This document shows positions 19,192 to 29,929 of a stretch of 51,019 bases of DNA, piece after piece. The notes beneath the pieces are model-generated. The model was not told the DNA's origin. It worked only from the letters and a program-made list of their open reading frames with translations, and made no database searches. The position numbers were made by a program, and so were the translations under genes. This DNA comes from a bacterium (GTDB taxonomy: Bacteria > Desulfobacterota > S145-22): positions 1 through 51,019 of the forward strand of contig JALSPC010000047.1 in assembly GCA_026986155.1 (NCBI GenBank). Reading direction: 5' to 3'. The first letter of the stretch is position 1. Every line of letters starts with the position of its first letter.

Positions 19192-20063
19192 AGCCCCCGG
19201 TAGGCCTCGGGCCTGAGGATGCTCTCATCGTGCCTCTGGATCACCTCGCGGATGAGGGCGAGGATCTCCTCCTTGCCCTCGGGGAGCCAGACCTGGACGG
19301 GGAGGTAGTTGGAGGCGTGGTTCGAGGAGAAGAAACAGTGGGTGACATCCATGTTGGCGATGATCAAGGCCAGTTCTTCGAGCATCTCGAAGGGCCCGGG
19401 GAGGTGAAAACGCCCCTCCTCGTACGCCTTGCACAGGGGCGCGGGGGGAACCAGCATGAGGGAGAGCGCCGCGGCAAATTCCGGATCCATCTTGCTCAGG
19501 ACCTTGCCCGTGTCGATGGCGTGGACCTTCGACATCTCCCTGCCTCCCAGCCCCAGGATCACCGTGACGGACAGGGTGATACCCGCGGCATGAATGCGAC
19601 TTGCCGCATCGATCATGTTGGCCGTGGTGTCCCCCTTGTTGACCTTCCTGAGGATCTCGTCGTTTCCCGACTCGAGGCCGATGTAGACGATCCCCAGTTT
19701 CAGGTCCCGGAGGATCTTGAGATCCTCCACGGATTTCCGGAGAATGGCCTTGGCGTTCCCATAGATCCCGATCCGTTCCAGGTTGGGGAAGGACTCGTTG
19801 ACCATCTCGAGAATCCGGACAAGTTTCTTCTGGGGGATGATCAGGGCGTCCCCGTCGGCCAGGAAGACCCGCCGGACATGCCCGGCGAAGGACTTGGCTT
19901 CCGCTAGGTCCCCGGCGATCTCCTCGAGGGACTTTATCTGGAACCGTTTGTCCTTGTAAACGGAACAGAAGGCGCACTTGTTATGTGAACACCCCACGGT
20001 GACCTGAAGGATGAAGCTTCGGGCTTCACTGGGGGGGCGATAGATGGCCCCGACGTATGGCAT
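19188..20063 (-). CDS. Radical SAM protein
   Basis: YRPPSEA, CSHNKCAFC (CxxxCxxC), FLADGDAL, GLESG, SNHASNY; start reassigned to ATG 20063 after GGAGG. Confidence 0.88.
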   Translation of the reverse strand: MPYVGAIYRPPSEARSFILQVTVGCSHNKCAFCSVYKDKRFQIKSLEEIAGDLAEAKSFAGHVRRVFLADGDALIIPQKKLVRILEMVNESFPNLERIGIYGNAKAILRKSVEDLKILRDLKLGIVYIGLESGNDEILRKVNKGDTTANMIDAASRIHAAGITLSVTVILGLGGREMSKVHAIDTGKVLSKMDPEFAAALSLMLVPPAPLCKAYEEGRFHLPGPFEMLEELALIIANMDVTHCFFSSNHASNYLPVQVWLPEGKEEILALIREVIQRHDESILRPEAYRGL

Positions 20064-20079
20064 AACCTGACCTCCGGTC

Positions 20080-20370
20080 TCAGTGATGGGATTTGAATTT
20101 GAAGACGAGTTCATCGGGTTTGCCCACGTCCAACTGCTGGCGGACAACCCGTTCCTGGTAGTCTTTGTCATGTTCCAGTCGATAGACCTCGTGGGACATG
20201 CGGCGGTTTTCAACCTCGAGCGCGCTGATTCTTTCCTCCATCTGCGCCTTCGTCTGAAGGAGATGACGATATGCAAGCCATCCCTTCTTCCCGAAGATGG
20301 TCACCCATCCCACCAGGAGGATGGCCACAACCAAAAGGATGGTAATGACTTTGAAACTTCGTGCTTTCAT
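20080..20370 (-). CDS. ftsB: Septum formation initiator FtsB/DivIC family
   Basis: Single TM, FGKKG, coiled coil, ERVVRQQL..KPDE. Confidence 0.75.
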   Translation of the reverse strand: MKARSFKVITILLVVAILLVGWVTIFGKKGWLAYRHLLQTKAQMEERISALEVENRRMSHEVYRLEHDKDYQERVVRQQLDVGKPDELVFKFKSHH

Positions 20371-20455
20371 AAGTTCAAGCCCGCTCCCGCCTTTTTCAAC
20401 TATACTTTAATATAGTATTATAGCACAAATCGGCCGGATTGAGCAGTTCCCGTTT

Positions 20456-20962
20456 TCAGTAGGTCTTCGCCCGTTGCTTGACCCGGTGCGGTGCGTCGAA
20501 GGCCTCGTAAAGGGCGTCTATGGCGGCATCGACACTGCGGGACTCCACGACGCAGGAAACACTGGAGATGGAGGTGCTGATGGCAAGTGTATTGACGCCC
20601 ACGGAGGCGAGGGCCGAAAACATCACCCCGGAGATCCGCGGCCTTTCCCGGAAGTGCGGCCCAAAGACGCTGACCACGGAGACATCGGGAATGTAGGTGA
20701 CCACCTTCGCGCCCACCTCGCCCTTGACGGTTTCCAAGGCGGCGACGGCCCGTTCCAGATCTCCCTCGTCGATGCAGAAGGTGAAATTGGCGAAGCCGTC
20801 CAGATCCGCGCTCTCCACGAGGAACTCGATGTTGACGTTGCTGTTGCCCAGGGCCCCGAGAATGAGACCGGGGGTATCTATCCTGTCCGGAACGGAGAGT
20901 AGCTTGACGATGGCCCTGCCGTCGCTCTGCATGATGCCGCCGACTTTTATCTTATCTTCCAT
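20456..20962 (-). CDS. Tandem ACT-domain protein (aspartokinase C-terminal-like)
   Basis: VPDR..G.I..AL...VNI and VSVFG...RPRISGVMFSALA..GVN..AISTS. Confidence 0.78.
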   Translation of the reverse strand: MEDKIKVGGIMQSDGRAIVKLLSVPDRIDTPGLILGALGNSNVNIEFLVESADLDGFANFTFCIDEGDLERAVAALETVKGEVGAKVVTYIPDVSVVSVFGPHFRERPRISGVMFSALASVGVNTLAISTSISSVSCVVESRSVDAAIDALYEAFDAPHRVKQRAKTY

Positions 20963-21004
20963 CCTTATCTCTCCGTGTGTTCTCGGAAATCAAACGCTTC
21001 ATGT

Positions 21005-22291
21005 TCAATTGTCCCACTTCCTTTGATCGTCGATCTTCTTGTGGCGTTCGTAGATGGCGCCCCGCACCACGAAGTCCACCTCTCCCCGGACGTTCAGGAT
21101 CTCCTTGATGGCCCGTTGCAGCTTGGCCCTGAGGATATCCTTGTTGACCGAGCTGTCCCGGAGCTCGACCTTGAAGGTCATCTGGTCCATGTGTCCCTGG
21201 CGGGTAATGACCACTTGGTATTTTTCGACTTCAGGAAACTTGGAGATGATTTCGTCCGTTTGCCACGGATGGATGAAGGTTCCCTTGACCTTGGTGACCT
21301 GGTCGGTTCTCCCAAGGATTCTCCCCAGTTTCGGGGCCGTCCGGCCGCAGGCGCAGACCTCCCCGGTGAAGTAGGAGAGATCCCCCGTGGCATAGCGGAT
21401 CATGGGATAGGTCTTGTTGAAGTTGGTGGCCACAATTTCGCCGGTTGAGCCGTCGGCCATTTTTTTGCCCGTATCAGGGTCGACGATCTCGACAATCACG
21501 TCATCGCAGAGGTGCATTCCTCCACGCTTGGGGCACTCGTAGGCCAGGCAGCCCGTGGTAACCGTACCGTAGGCCTGAGAAACGCGGACCCCCAGTTTCG
21601 ATTCCAGGAGGGACCGCATGGATTCGGGCAACATCTCGGCGGAGACGAAGGCGGCCTTGAGGAAAAGATCCTTCTGGGGCCGAAGCCCCTCGCTCTCCGC
21701 CCGCTGGGCGAGGGTCATGAGAAAGCTCGGGGTTCCCACGAGCCCGGTGACCTTGAGTTTCCGCATAATGGTCAGCTGCACCAGGGAATTCCCCGGGCCC
21801 GCGGGGACCACGGAACACCCAATCATCTTCAGTGAATCATCCAGGATAAACGCGAAGGGCCACATGTGATAGTTGAAGGTATTCTGGACGATGTCGCCCT
21901 TTCGGAATCCCGCGGCGAAGAGGCCTTGCGTCCAGCCTATCTCCCTGTATTCCCAGGGACCCGGCTCGTAGATAGGCCCGGGAGAGACGTAGATGCGGCG
22001 CATCCGGCCCGTCTTGACCGCCTCGAATCCCCCGAAGGGGGGGAGTTGTTTCTGTGATTCTATCAGGTCCTCCCTGCGGGTGATGGGGAGTTTCTCCAGG
22101 TCGTGGATGGATTGAATGTCTTCGGGGACACATCCCGCCTCCTTCATCTTCCTCTGGAAGGAAATGGAGTGCTTGTAGGCGTGCGCAACAATCTCTCTGA
22201 GCTTCCGGGTCAGGGTTTCGATCCGCTTTCCTTTAGGCATGGTTTCGAGGGATCGATCAAAGTAATCCGGCGATTTCTTTCTTGGAACCAT
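21005..22291 (-). CDS. Phenylacetate-CoA ligase (PaaK) family protein
   Basis: LEKLPITRREDL, GTPSF, QAYG, EIVDPDTG, IRYATGDL, CACGRT, GRTDQ.TKVKG.FIHP. Confidence 0.85.
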   Translation of the reverse strand: MVPRKKSPDYFDRSLETMPKGKRIETLTRKLREIVAHAYKHSISFQRKMKEAGCVPEDIQSIHDLEKLPITRREDLIESQKQLPPFGGFEAVKTGRMRRIYVSPGPIYEPGPWEYREIGWTQGLFAAGFRKGDIVQNTFNYHMWPFAFILDDSLKMIGCSVVPAGPGNSLVQLTIMRKLKVTGLVGTPSFLMTLAQRAESEGLRPQKDLFLKAAFVSAEMLPESMRSLLESKLGVRVSQAYGTVTTGCLAYECPKRGGMHLCDDVIVEIVDPDTGKKMADGSTGEIVATNFNKTYPMIRYATGDLSYFTGEVCACGRTAPKLGRILGRTDQVTKVKGTFIHPWQTDEIISKFPEVEKYQVVITRQGHMDQMTFKVELRDSSVNKDILRAKLQRAIKEILNVRGEVDFVVRGAIYERHKKIDDQRKWDN

Positions 22292-22507
22292 TCTATTGCC
22301 TCCCCGTTAGAATGCTTGAGATTTCCATGGGATTCCTCTTATCAAGACCGATTAGCACACGTCATCATTCGAGTCAAGATTAAAACATGATTCAGCTTTC
22401 TCCAACCCAAATGTAAAATTTTATCCCCTAAGGCATTGACATTCTTTTTATATTTTATCATATTATCAGAAATTCTTATTGTAAGGAACCGGGGCAAGGG
22501 AAGAACT

Positions 22508-23383
22508 ATGGAAAAAGAAAAATTACGAAAAAAAATCTTTGCAAAAATCAACACCCTTCCCGCGCTTCCCATCGTAATCCCCAAACTTTTGAACCTTCTT
22601 GACGAAGAAGAAACGCGAGCGGCACAAATTGTGGATACTGTCTCCCATGATCCCGCCCTTACGTCAAAAATACTTCAAGTAGCCAATTCAGCCTACTACG
22701 GATTCCCCCAAGAAATCACCAGCTTAGATCGCGCTATAACCCTTCTCGGTTTCAATATGGTCAAATCCCTCGCCCTTTCGATAGGGGTGATTCACACGCT
22801 TCCATCGCGCCCTAACTGCCCCCGGTTTTCCCATGAGGATTTATGGATACACTGTCTCGCGGTTGCCACGCTCATGCGGCATCTGGGTCAGCAATTCCGA
22901 CGCGACGGGGAAGAGCCGGAAACATTTTTCACTATCGGACTTCTGCACGATATCGGCAAAATCGTCCTGGACCAATTTTTCGCCGAAGAATTTCAAAAAA
23001 CCCTCGAACTCGTCGCGAAAGGGGAGGCCCTCCCTTTTCATGACGCTGAAAAACGCGCCATCGGCATTGATCATGGCGAAACAGGTGCCCTTCTTCTTTC
23101 AAGATGGCGTTTCCCTGATGTGGTCGTCCGTCCCATCCTCGCGCATCATCAGGAGGGTGGAATCAACGATGAAACCATAGCCGCAAGCGTGGCTTTCCTG
23201 CGAATTTCAGATTTCGTGGCACAGGATGAAGGAGTGGGAAGCGGAGGCAATGTAGTTCCGCTGCCCGTCAAAGAAACGGATATGGCCCTCCTCGGCATGA
23301 ATGAAGAGGTACTCGCTGACGCCGTCGATTTCCTGAGAAATGTCAAGGAAGGGATCTACGCCTTCTACCAGGCCATGCGTTAA
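22508..23383 (+). CDS. HDOD domain protein
   Basis: LPALP, DPALTSKILQVANSAYYG, AITLLG, GLLHDIGK, DHGETG..L..W.FP. Confidence 0.9.
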   Translation: MEKEKLRKKIFAKINTLPALPIVIPKLLNLLDEEETRAAQIVDTVSHDPALTSKILQVANSAYYGFPQEITSLDRAITLLGFNMVKSLALSIGVIHTLPSRPNCPRFSHEDLWIHCLAVATLMRHLGQQFRRDGEEPETFFTIGLLHDIGKIVLDQFFAEEFQKTLELVAKGEALPFHDAEKRAIGIDHGETGALLLSRWRFPDVVVRPILAHHQEGGINDETIAASVAFLRISDFVAQDEGVGSGGNVVPLPVKETDMALLGMNEEVLADAVDFLRNVKEGIYAFYQAMR

Positions 23384-25265
23384 TTTTCTCCACCTCTGTT
23401 ACCGGAGTTAGCCAAAAAATATCATACGGAAGGATGCTCACATAAAGTGTTTCGTCATCCGCTTCCCATTCCATGCCCCCCACGATATCATACCATCGGG
23501 AAGCCTTTGCTCCTAATAATTTGAGGGGAATCTCCAATTGTGTGGGACGGCTGGTTACGCTAATCAGGCTGAGGATATGCCTATCTCCTTCAGGTGAAAT
23601 TCTTAACACGGAGAAAACCTCCGGCGATAGATCAAGGATATATTGTTCTCCATTGGGATGAAAGGCCCTTTGTTTCGTGCGAATGGTAATGAGACGCCCG
23701 AGTTCCCGGTTGATTCTGGAGATTTTCGAAAACGGATCCTCAAGCGCCTTTGTAATGGCGCTGTGATCAATAACCGTGCGGTTTATCTCTCGTTTCGATT
23801 TGGTGGCAAGAACCGCCTGAATGTCGTTTTGTGTCCCTATAAGGCTATGGAGATAGATGCCGGGAACGCCTTTGAGAACCAGGGCAATCACACGTGAAGC
23901 CACGAACCGTCTCACCTGAAAGGCAATATCCTCGTCCTTTCCTTCCTGATTCAGCGCGCTGAACCAGGTAATATTTATTTCATAGGGTTCTTCTTTCCCA
24001 TCCTCTCCCGTCTTGTAGGAAACGAGCCCTCCACGTTCTGTGGCTATCTCAATAATCAAATCGATTTCATCTTCCGGAAGGATGTTTTTCACGGCCATGA
24101 GACCAATCCCGTCGTGGGAGTCGAGAAAATTAAAAAAGGCGGTGGCATTGGATGGTGGCTGGAGGGTTTTCGCCCATTGGCTTAAAACCGTGGCGTCCTC
24201 CTTGTAAAAGGTATAAAGAACAAGGGGAGGCAGCGCGAAGTTGTAAACCATCTGCGCCTCGTCATGACCGTTCCCGAAATAGGAGATGTTTTCTTCGTGG
24301 GGAACGTTGGTCTCGGTAATCAGAGCCACATAGGGAGCGACAACGTCCAGGATATCCCGGAAGAGTTTCACAATTTCATGGGTCTGCCTGAGGTGGATAC
24401 AGCGGGTTCCAGGCTCGGCCCATAGATAGGTAACGGCATCCAGCCGGATGATATCCGCCCCTTTTTGGACATACATTAAAAGAATCTTGAGAACGCGCAA
24501 CAACACCCTTGGATTCTTATAGTTCAGGTCGATCTGGTCGGAGGAAAAGGTCGTCCAGACATAGGCGGGCCCATTGATGGTAAGGAATTTCGTGAGGATA
24601 TCGGAGGTCCTCGGCCGGAAAATCAGCTTTCGCTGCTCCGAGGTAAGTTCGTCGGGGGATTTGAAAGTAATAAAAAAATCATGGTAGAATGGATTGCCAT
24701 TAAGAAATTCCTGAAACCAGCGGCTTTTGGAAGAAACATGGTTGATAACCCCATCGAACATGAGCTGGTAACGCGTTCCTAATTCCTCAATATCTTCCCA
24801 ACTTCCCAAGTGTGGGTCCACCGTCTCGAAATCGGTGATGGCGAATCCGCGATCCGAAGAGTAAGGAAAAAAAGGGAGAATATGGAGGGTATTGATGGTT
24901 CCCTCCAGGTAGGTTTCGCAGAATTTAGCAAGGGTCGCGAGGGGGGAGCGTTCCTCCCCCCTGAGAAGGTCTCCATAGGTGATGAGAATGACATCCTCCT
25001 CGGTAAACCGCTCGGCGGGATTAAAGGATTTTTCATTCTCTATCATCTCCGGAGGTTTGAAGGCGTAATAGACCTTCATGATTCTTTCCAATTCCGGCAT
25101 GATTTCACGCGCCGTTTTCTCGCCGTAGAGGAAAGAAAGACGGGACAAAATTCTCTCTCGAGCGTTTTCAGGAATCTTCAGGAGAGGACGGCTGTAATCG
25201 GGTTCAGAATTGTGAAGCATTTTGTGATATCTTATCTCATCCTTACTGGGAATCTTTTCAGCCAT
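23343..25265 (-). CDS. GH13_18 sugar phosphorylase, probably glucosylglycerate phosphorylase
   Basis: LITYGD, HILPFFPYSSDRGF, WTTFSSDQIDLN, RLDAV, ITETN, NFLDSHDGIG, PYEINIT. Confidence 0.85.
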   Translation of the reverse strand: MAEKIPSKDEIRYHKMLHNSEPDYSRPLLKIPENARERILSRLSFLYGEKTAREIMPELERIMKVYYAFKPPEMIENEKSFNPAERFTEEDVILITYGDLLRGEERSPLATLAKFCETYLEGTINTLHILPFFPYSSDRGFAITDFETVDPHLGSWEDIEELGTRYQLMFDGVINHVSSKSRWFQEFLNGNPFYHDFFITFKSPDELTSEQRKLIFRPRTSDILTKFLTINGPAYVWTTFSSDQIDLNYKNPRVLLRVLKILLMYVQKGADIIRLDAVTYLWAEPGTRCIHLRQTHEIVKLFRDILDVVAPYVALITETNVPHEENISYFGNGHDEAQMVYNFALPPLVLYTFYKEDATVLSQWAKTLQPPSNATAFFNFLDSHDGIGLMAVKNILPEDEIDLIIEIATERGGLVSYKTGEDGKEEPYEINITWFSALNQEGKDEDIAFQVRRFVASRVIALVLKGVPGIYLHSLIGTQNDIQAVLATKSKREINRTVIDHSAITKALEDPFSKISRINRELGRLITIRTKQRAFHPNGEQYILDLSPEVFSVLRISPEGDRHILSLISVTSRPTQLEIPLKLLGAKASRWYDIVGGMEWEADDETLYVSILPYDIFWLTPVTEVEKINAWPGRRRRSLP

Positions 25266-25290
25266 CTCCCCCTCCCTTCAAATTCCCACG

Positions 25291-25773
25291 CTAAAACCCG
25301 GCGGCCCGTTTTACCGCATTTTTCAATGCTTCAAAGTCACCTTCGTCCGGATGTCCCGCGGCGCTGTCCGCGTCGCCGATCCATTCCGGGGGATTGGGAC
25401 GGGCCTTGACCTTTTCCAGGAGCCCGGGCTTGACGGCCCCCTGGCAGTTGAAGGTTCCCACGATGTCGGCCCCCTCCGCAAGCGCCCTCGCCGCCGCCAT
25501 CCCCTTCCGGGCGTGTTCCGAATCGGGCGCCGCGCCGTGGGTGGCAAAGAGGAAGAGCCGCGTCCCCTGGACCTTCCTCAGGTATTCCGCGGACTTGGGA
25601 TCGGGATTGCCCGCTTTGAACCAGAATCCCACGGCTACGAGGTCGAATCCTTCAGGATCGGGGGCCTCCTCCACCGGGTGAATCTCCTTTTCCCCTGGAA
25701 GCACCTCGTAAACGGCCTCCGCCAGTTTCTTCGTGTTGCCGGACTGGCTCGAATAGACAACTAATGTTTTCAT
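25291..25773 (-). CDS. Flavodoxin family protein
   Basis: VVYSSQSGNTKKLA, GFW..G, FATHG, F.CQG, GHPD. Confidence 0.88.
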   Translation of the reverse strand: MKTLVVYSSQSGNTKKLAEAVYEVLPGEKEIHPVEEAPDPEGFDLVAVGFWFKAGNPDPKSAEYLRKVQGTRLFLFATHGAAPDSEHARKGMAAARALAEGADIVGTFNCQGAVKPGLLEKVKARPNPPEWIGDADSAAGHPDEGDFEALKNAVKRAAGF

Positions 25774-25937
25774 GGCGCATCTCCTTGTCGTAACGGGTTG
25801 AAATTTTCTTTGGGCGTTAATTTCAACCACGCACCCGATATTGTCAAGGATTTCCCCAAGTTGTCTTACGCCCCTTCCCTAAAAGTAAAGGGCGAGAGTC
25901 TCTCGCCCTGGGATGGCACGGCCATTTTAGCATGGAA

Positions 25938-26660
25938 TCAGCGACAGTTGGGACAAACTTCAAAGAAGTCCTCCGGCACCTTCGCGCGCTTGGTGAAATA
26001 TTCGATCTGGTATTCCGGCATGAAGGGTTCACCGCATACCTTGCAGACCTTCATGGGCAGGGTCCGCTGCCACCGCTTGATGGTCCGCGATTCGGGGGTC
26101 TGAACCATCTTGATGGCGTCCACGGGGCAGACGTAAACGCAGGCCCCGCAGGCGATGCAGAACTGGGACGGCTCCTTGAAGGGCGGTGTGGGAACCCGAT
26201 CCGGCCCCCTCCCCGCGAAGCCGATGGCGTGAACGCCGACCACCTCGTCACAGACCCGCACGCAAAGCCCGCAGAGAATACACGTGTCCTCGCGAACCTG
26301 GAACCGCGAGTTTTCCACGTCGATACCGTAGTCCGCCGCCATGGCGCGGATCTCCGGCACCTTATAGCATCGCGCCAGAAGCAGCTCCACGATCATCTTG
26401 CGGTTTCTAAAGATACGGTCGGAACGGGTGGTCACGGAGATGCCTTCCTTCACCGGGTAGGTGCAGGAGGTCACCAGCCTAGTCCTGCCATGTTCCTCCA
26501 CCTCGATCATGCACATCCGGCAGGCCCCGTAGGGTTTGACCTCGTCGTTGTGGCAGAGGGTGGGGATGTCCGCCCCCGCGTCCCTGGCCACCTGAAGCAG
26601 CATGGCGCCTTCTTCCGCCTCGACCGTCCTTCCGTCTATGGTAAGCTGAACCTTTGCCAT
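25938..26660 (-). CDS. NuoG/HydA N-terminal-like Fe-S subunit without catalytic domain
   Basis: IPTLC..GACRMC..TSC [2Fe-2S]; CILCGLCVRVC and CIACGACVYVCP; terminal CKVC..CPNC. Confidence 0.88.
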   Translation of the reverse strand: MAKVQLTIDGRTVEAEEGAMLLQVARDAGADIPTLCHNDEVKPYGACRMCMIEVEEHGRTRLVTSCTYPVKEGISVTTRSDRIFRNRKMIVELLLARCYKVPEIRAMAADYGIDVENSRFQVREDTCILCGLCVRVCDEVVGVHAIGFAGRGPDRVPTPPFKEPSQFCIACGACVYVCPVDAIKMVQTPESRTIKRWQRTLPMKVCKVCGEPFMPEYQIEYFTKRAKVPEDFFEVCPNCR

Positions 26661-26672
26661 GGTGGTTTCCTT

Positions 26673-28526
26673 CTATTTCACGGTTACGGCATCAAACTTG
26701 CAGACATCCTTGCAGGTTCCGCACTTGATGCACTTCGATTGATCGATGGTATGGGGTTCCTTCTTCTCGCCGGATATGCAGTCCACGGGGCAGTTGCGCT
26801 TGCAGGCGCCGCAGCCGGTGCACTTGTCCGGGTCTATCTCGTAGGTGATCAGGGCCTTGCAAACCCCGGCGGGACACCGCTTCTCCTTGATGTGGGCCTC
26901 GTATTCGTCCCTGAAATACTTGATGGTGCTGAGCACCGGGTTGGGAGCCGTCTGGCCGAGGCCGCAGAGAGAGGCGTCCTTCATCACGACACCCAGTTCC
27001 TCCAGCAACTCGATGTCCCCTTCCCGGCCGCGGCCTTCCGTGATGTCCGCCAGGATCTGGGACATCCTCAGCAGGCCCTCCCGGCAGGGGGTGCACTTAC
27101 CGCACGATTCGCCCTTCAGGAAGTCGACGAAATACTTGGCCACGTCCACCATACAGGTGGTCTCGTCCATGACAATCATCCCGCCGGAGCCCATCATGGA
27201 TCCGACTTCCTTCAACTTATCGAAATCGACGGGCATGTCGATGAGGGATTCCGGGATGCATCCGCCGGAGGGACCGCCCGTCTGCACGGCCTTGAATTTC
27301 TTGCCGCCGGGGACGCCGCCGCCAATGTCAAAGATGATCTCCCGGAGGGTGATGCCCATGGGAACCTCGACGAGGCCCGTATTGTTGACCTTGCCGACCA
27401 GGGAGAAAATCTTGGTCCCCTTGCTCCCCTCCGTTCCGATCTGGCTGTACCAGTCGGCGCCCTTGTCGATGATGACCGGGACGTTAGCCCACGTCTCCAC
27501 GTTGTTGAGATTGGTGGGTTTTCCCCATAACCCGCTCTCGGAGAGATGGATATACTTGGAGCGGGGTTCCCCGACGCGCCCCTCGATGGAGGCCACCAGG
27601 GCCGTCGATTCGCCGCACACGAAGGCGCCGCCGCCGCGATTGATGTGGATGTCGAAGGAAAAGCCGCTACCCAGGATGTTGTCTCCCAGGAGCCCCGCCT
27701 CCTTCAGGGCCGCGATGGCGATCTCCGCGTGCTTGACCGCCAAGGGATACTCGTTGCGCACGTAGATGTATCCCTCGTCGGATCCGATAGCGTAGGCGCC
27801 GATGAGCATGCCCTCCAAGACGCTGTGGGGGTTTCCTTCCAAGAGGCTCCGGTCCATGTAGGCGCCCGGATCGCCCTCGTCCGCGTTGCAGATGACGTAT
27901 TTTTTGTCCCCCTTCGCGTTCCGGCAGCTCTCCCACTTGCGCCCCGTGGGGAAACCACCGCCGCCCCGTCCCCGCAGGCCCGATTTCTTCACCTCTTCCA
28001 CCACCTCCTCGGGTTTCATGGAAAAGAGGGCCTTGGCGAAGGCGGCGTATCCGCCGATACTGAGATAATCCTCCAGACTGGTGGGATCGATGAGGCCGTT
28101 GTTCCCGAAGATGATCCGTTTCTGCAGGCCGTAGAAGGGAACATCGGGCTCGAAGATGGCTACTTCTTCCGTCATGGGATGCGTATAGAGGAGGCGGTCA
28201 ATGATCTTGTCGTTCTTCAAGGTCTCGTTGACGATCTCCGCCACGTCATCCATCTGAACGCGCTGGTAGAAAATCCTCTTGGGGTAGATGACGACCAGGG
28301 GGCCCCGCTCGCAGAACCCGTGGCATCCCGTGGTCCGGATCCCCACCTTGCCGCTCAAGCCCGCCTTTTCTATCTCCCGCTTGAAGGCGGATACAATGTT
28401 CATGCAGCCGTAGGCATGGCATCCCGTTCCGGTACAAATGGTTACAAGGGCCTGGTTGGGATCTCTCGCCTTCCGGATCTCTTCTCGTAAAGCCTCCAGC
28501 TCCTGCTGGGAATTCACACGTCTCAT
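26673..28526 (-). CDS. NuoF/HydB-like FMN/NADH-binding subunit with extra N-terminal [2Fe-2S] and C-terminal 2x[4Fe-4S]
   Basis: [78 protein letters not shown]. Confidence 0.93.
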   Translation of the reverse strand: MRRVNSQQELEALREEIRKARDPNQALVTICTGTGCHAYGCMNIVSAFKREIEKAGLSGKVGIRTTGCHGFCERGPLVVIYPKRIFYQRVQMDDVAEIVNETLKNDKIIDRLLYTHPMTEEVAIFEPDVPFYGLQKRIIFGNNGLIDPTSLEDYLSIGGYAAFAKALFSMKPEEVVEEVKKSGLRGRGGGGFPTGRKWESCRNAKGDKKYVICNADEGDPGAYMDRSLLEGNPHSVLEGMLIGAYAIGSDEGYIYVRNEYPLAVKHAEIAIAALKEAGLLGDNILGSGFSFDIHINRGGGAFVCGESTALVASIEGRVGEPRSKYIHLSESGLWGKPTNLNNVETWANVPVIIDKGADWYSQIGTEGSKGTKIFSLVGKVNNTGLVEVPMGITLREIIFDIGGGVPGGKKFKAVQTGGPSGGCIPESLIDMPVDFDKLKEVGSMMGSGGMIVMDETTCMVDVAKYFVDFLKGESCGKCTPCREGLLRMSQILADITEGRGREGDIELLEELGVVMKDASLCGLGQTAPNPVLSTIKYFRDEYEAHIKEKRCPAGVCKALITYEIDPDKCTGCGACKRNCPVDCISGEKKEPHTIDQSKCIKCGTCKDVCKFDAVTVK

Positions 28527-28529
28527 CGA

Positions 28530-28994
28530 TTAACCCTCTGCCTTCTTCAGCGTTTTGTAAATTTTGTCCCACTTGGGGGAGGTCATCTGTCCATGGTATT
28601 CCCCGTCCACGACCACGATGGGACCCAGGGCGCAGGCGCCCAGGCAGTTGACGGTCTCCAGGGTGAACGCCATGTCCTTCGTCGTCTTGCCGGGCTGGAC
28701 GCCCAGATCCCGAATCATCTTGTCGAGGATGCGGGGAGCCCCCCGCACGTGGCACGCCGTTCCCATGCAGACCTGGATGATATGTTTTCCCCTCGGATCG
28801 AGGCTGAAGGCCTTGTAGAACGTGGCGACCGAATAGAGCCGGACGAGGGGGATGTCGAGTTTCTCAGAGATGGCCTCCAGGGCCTCGCGGGGCAAATAGT
28901 TCTCCGCCGCCTGAACGTCCTGGAGAATGGGAATCAACTGGGCGGGATTCCTGTCGTAGCGATCAAGGATGGCGTCTATCTTATCCGGGCTCAT
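28530..28994 (-). CDS. NuoE/HydC-like [2Fe-2S] subunit
   Basis: VATFY..F, VCMGTACHVRGA, VNCLGACALGP. Confidence 0.93.
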   Translation of the reverse strand: MSPDKIDAILDRYDRNPAQLIPILQDVQAAENYLPREALEAISEKLDIPLVRLYSVATFYKAFSLDPRGKHIIQVCMGTACHVRGAPRILDKMIRDLGVQPGKTTKDMAFTLETVNCLGACALGPIVVVDGEYHGQMTSPKWDKIYKTLKKAEG

Positions 28995-29929
28995 GACATT
29001 TCCTCACTGAAACGAATCTTTGCCAACAGTTTGTTGTAGTCCTTGTTGATCCGCTCCTGAATCTTATCGATCAGGTCGGGCGTCAGGTGGCGAAAGCGCC
29101 CCTGGATCTTGAGATAATCTTCCACTGGCCTGAGCTTTGGTATCTCGACGCTCAACTTGTATTTCCCCTCCACCACCTCGTAGAGCGGAAAGATCCCCGT
29201 TTCGACGGCGAGCCGTCCGGCGCGGACGGCCAGGTCCGGCGTGAGACGCCATCCCGTGGGGCAGACGGAGAAGACGTGCACGTAGGCGGGCCCCTCCGTT
29301 TCCGCGGCCCTTTTGACCTTTTCCATCAGGTCAAAGGGATAACTGGGACACGCCGTGGCAACATAGGGAATGTTGTGGGCGACGGCGATTTCCGGCATAT
29401 TCTTCTTCCACGTGACCTGCCCCGGCTTAACCTTCCCGGCGGGCGAGGTGGTCGTGGCCGCCCCGAAGGGGGTGGATGAAGACCGTTGAATCCCCGTGTT
29501 CATGTAGGCCTCGTTATCGTAGCAGACATAGGTGAAATTGTGCCCCCGTTCCAAGGCGCCGGACAAGGCCTGCAGCCCGATATCGGCCGTGCCGCCGTCT
29601 CCTCCCATGGCCAGGATGTTGATCTTCTTTTTTGGGATGCGGCCCTTTCGCATCAGCACCTTGAGTCCCGCCTCCACGCCCGAGGCCACCGCGGCGGCGT
29701 TCTCGAAGGCTACGTGGATCCATGGGACCCGCCACGACGTGGTGGGCAGGGGAGAGGAGATGATTTCCATGCACCCCGTGGCACAGGCAACGACAGTGTT
29801 CCGGCCCAGGGCCTTTCCCACGAGACGAACAGCCAAGACCTCGGCGCACCCCTGGCACGCCCGGTGTCCCGGCGCGATGGCCTCATACTTGGGCAGCAAC
29901 CTGACAGCATAGACATTTAATTTTTCCAT
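28991..29929 (-). CDS. porB: Pyruvate/2-oxoacid:ferredoxin oxidoreductase beta subunit (TPP-binding)
   Basis: GHRACQGC, ATGCMEI, GGDGGTADIG..YDNEAYMNTGIQRS, CPTGW. Confidence 0.92.
   Translation of the reverse strand: MEKLNVYAVRLLPKYEAIAPGHRACQGCAEVLAVRLVGKALGRNTVVACATGCMEIISSPLPTTSWRVPWIHVAFENAAAVASGVEAGLKVLMRKGRIPKKKINILAMGGDGGTADIGLQALSGALERGHNFTYVCYDNEAYMNTGIQRSSSTPFGAATTTSPAGKVKPGQVTWKKNMPEIAVAHNIPYVATACPSYPFDLMEKVKRAAETEGPAYVHVFSVCPTGWRLTPDLAVRAGRLAVETGIFPLYEVVEGKYKLSVEIPKLRPVEDYLKIQGRFRHLTPDLIDKIQERINKDYNKLLAKIRFSEEMS

Noticed and set aside
25938-28994. Respiratory complex I or [FeFe]-hydrogenase
   Set aside because: No membrane nuo genes and no H-cluster domain
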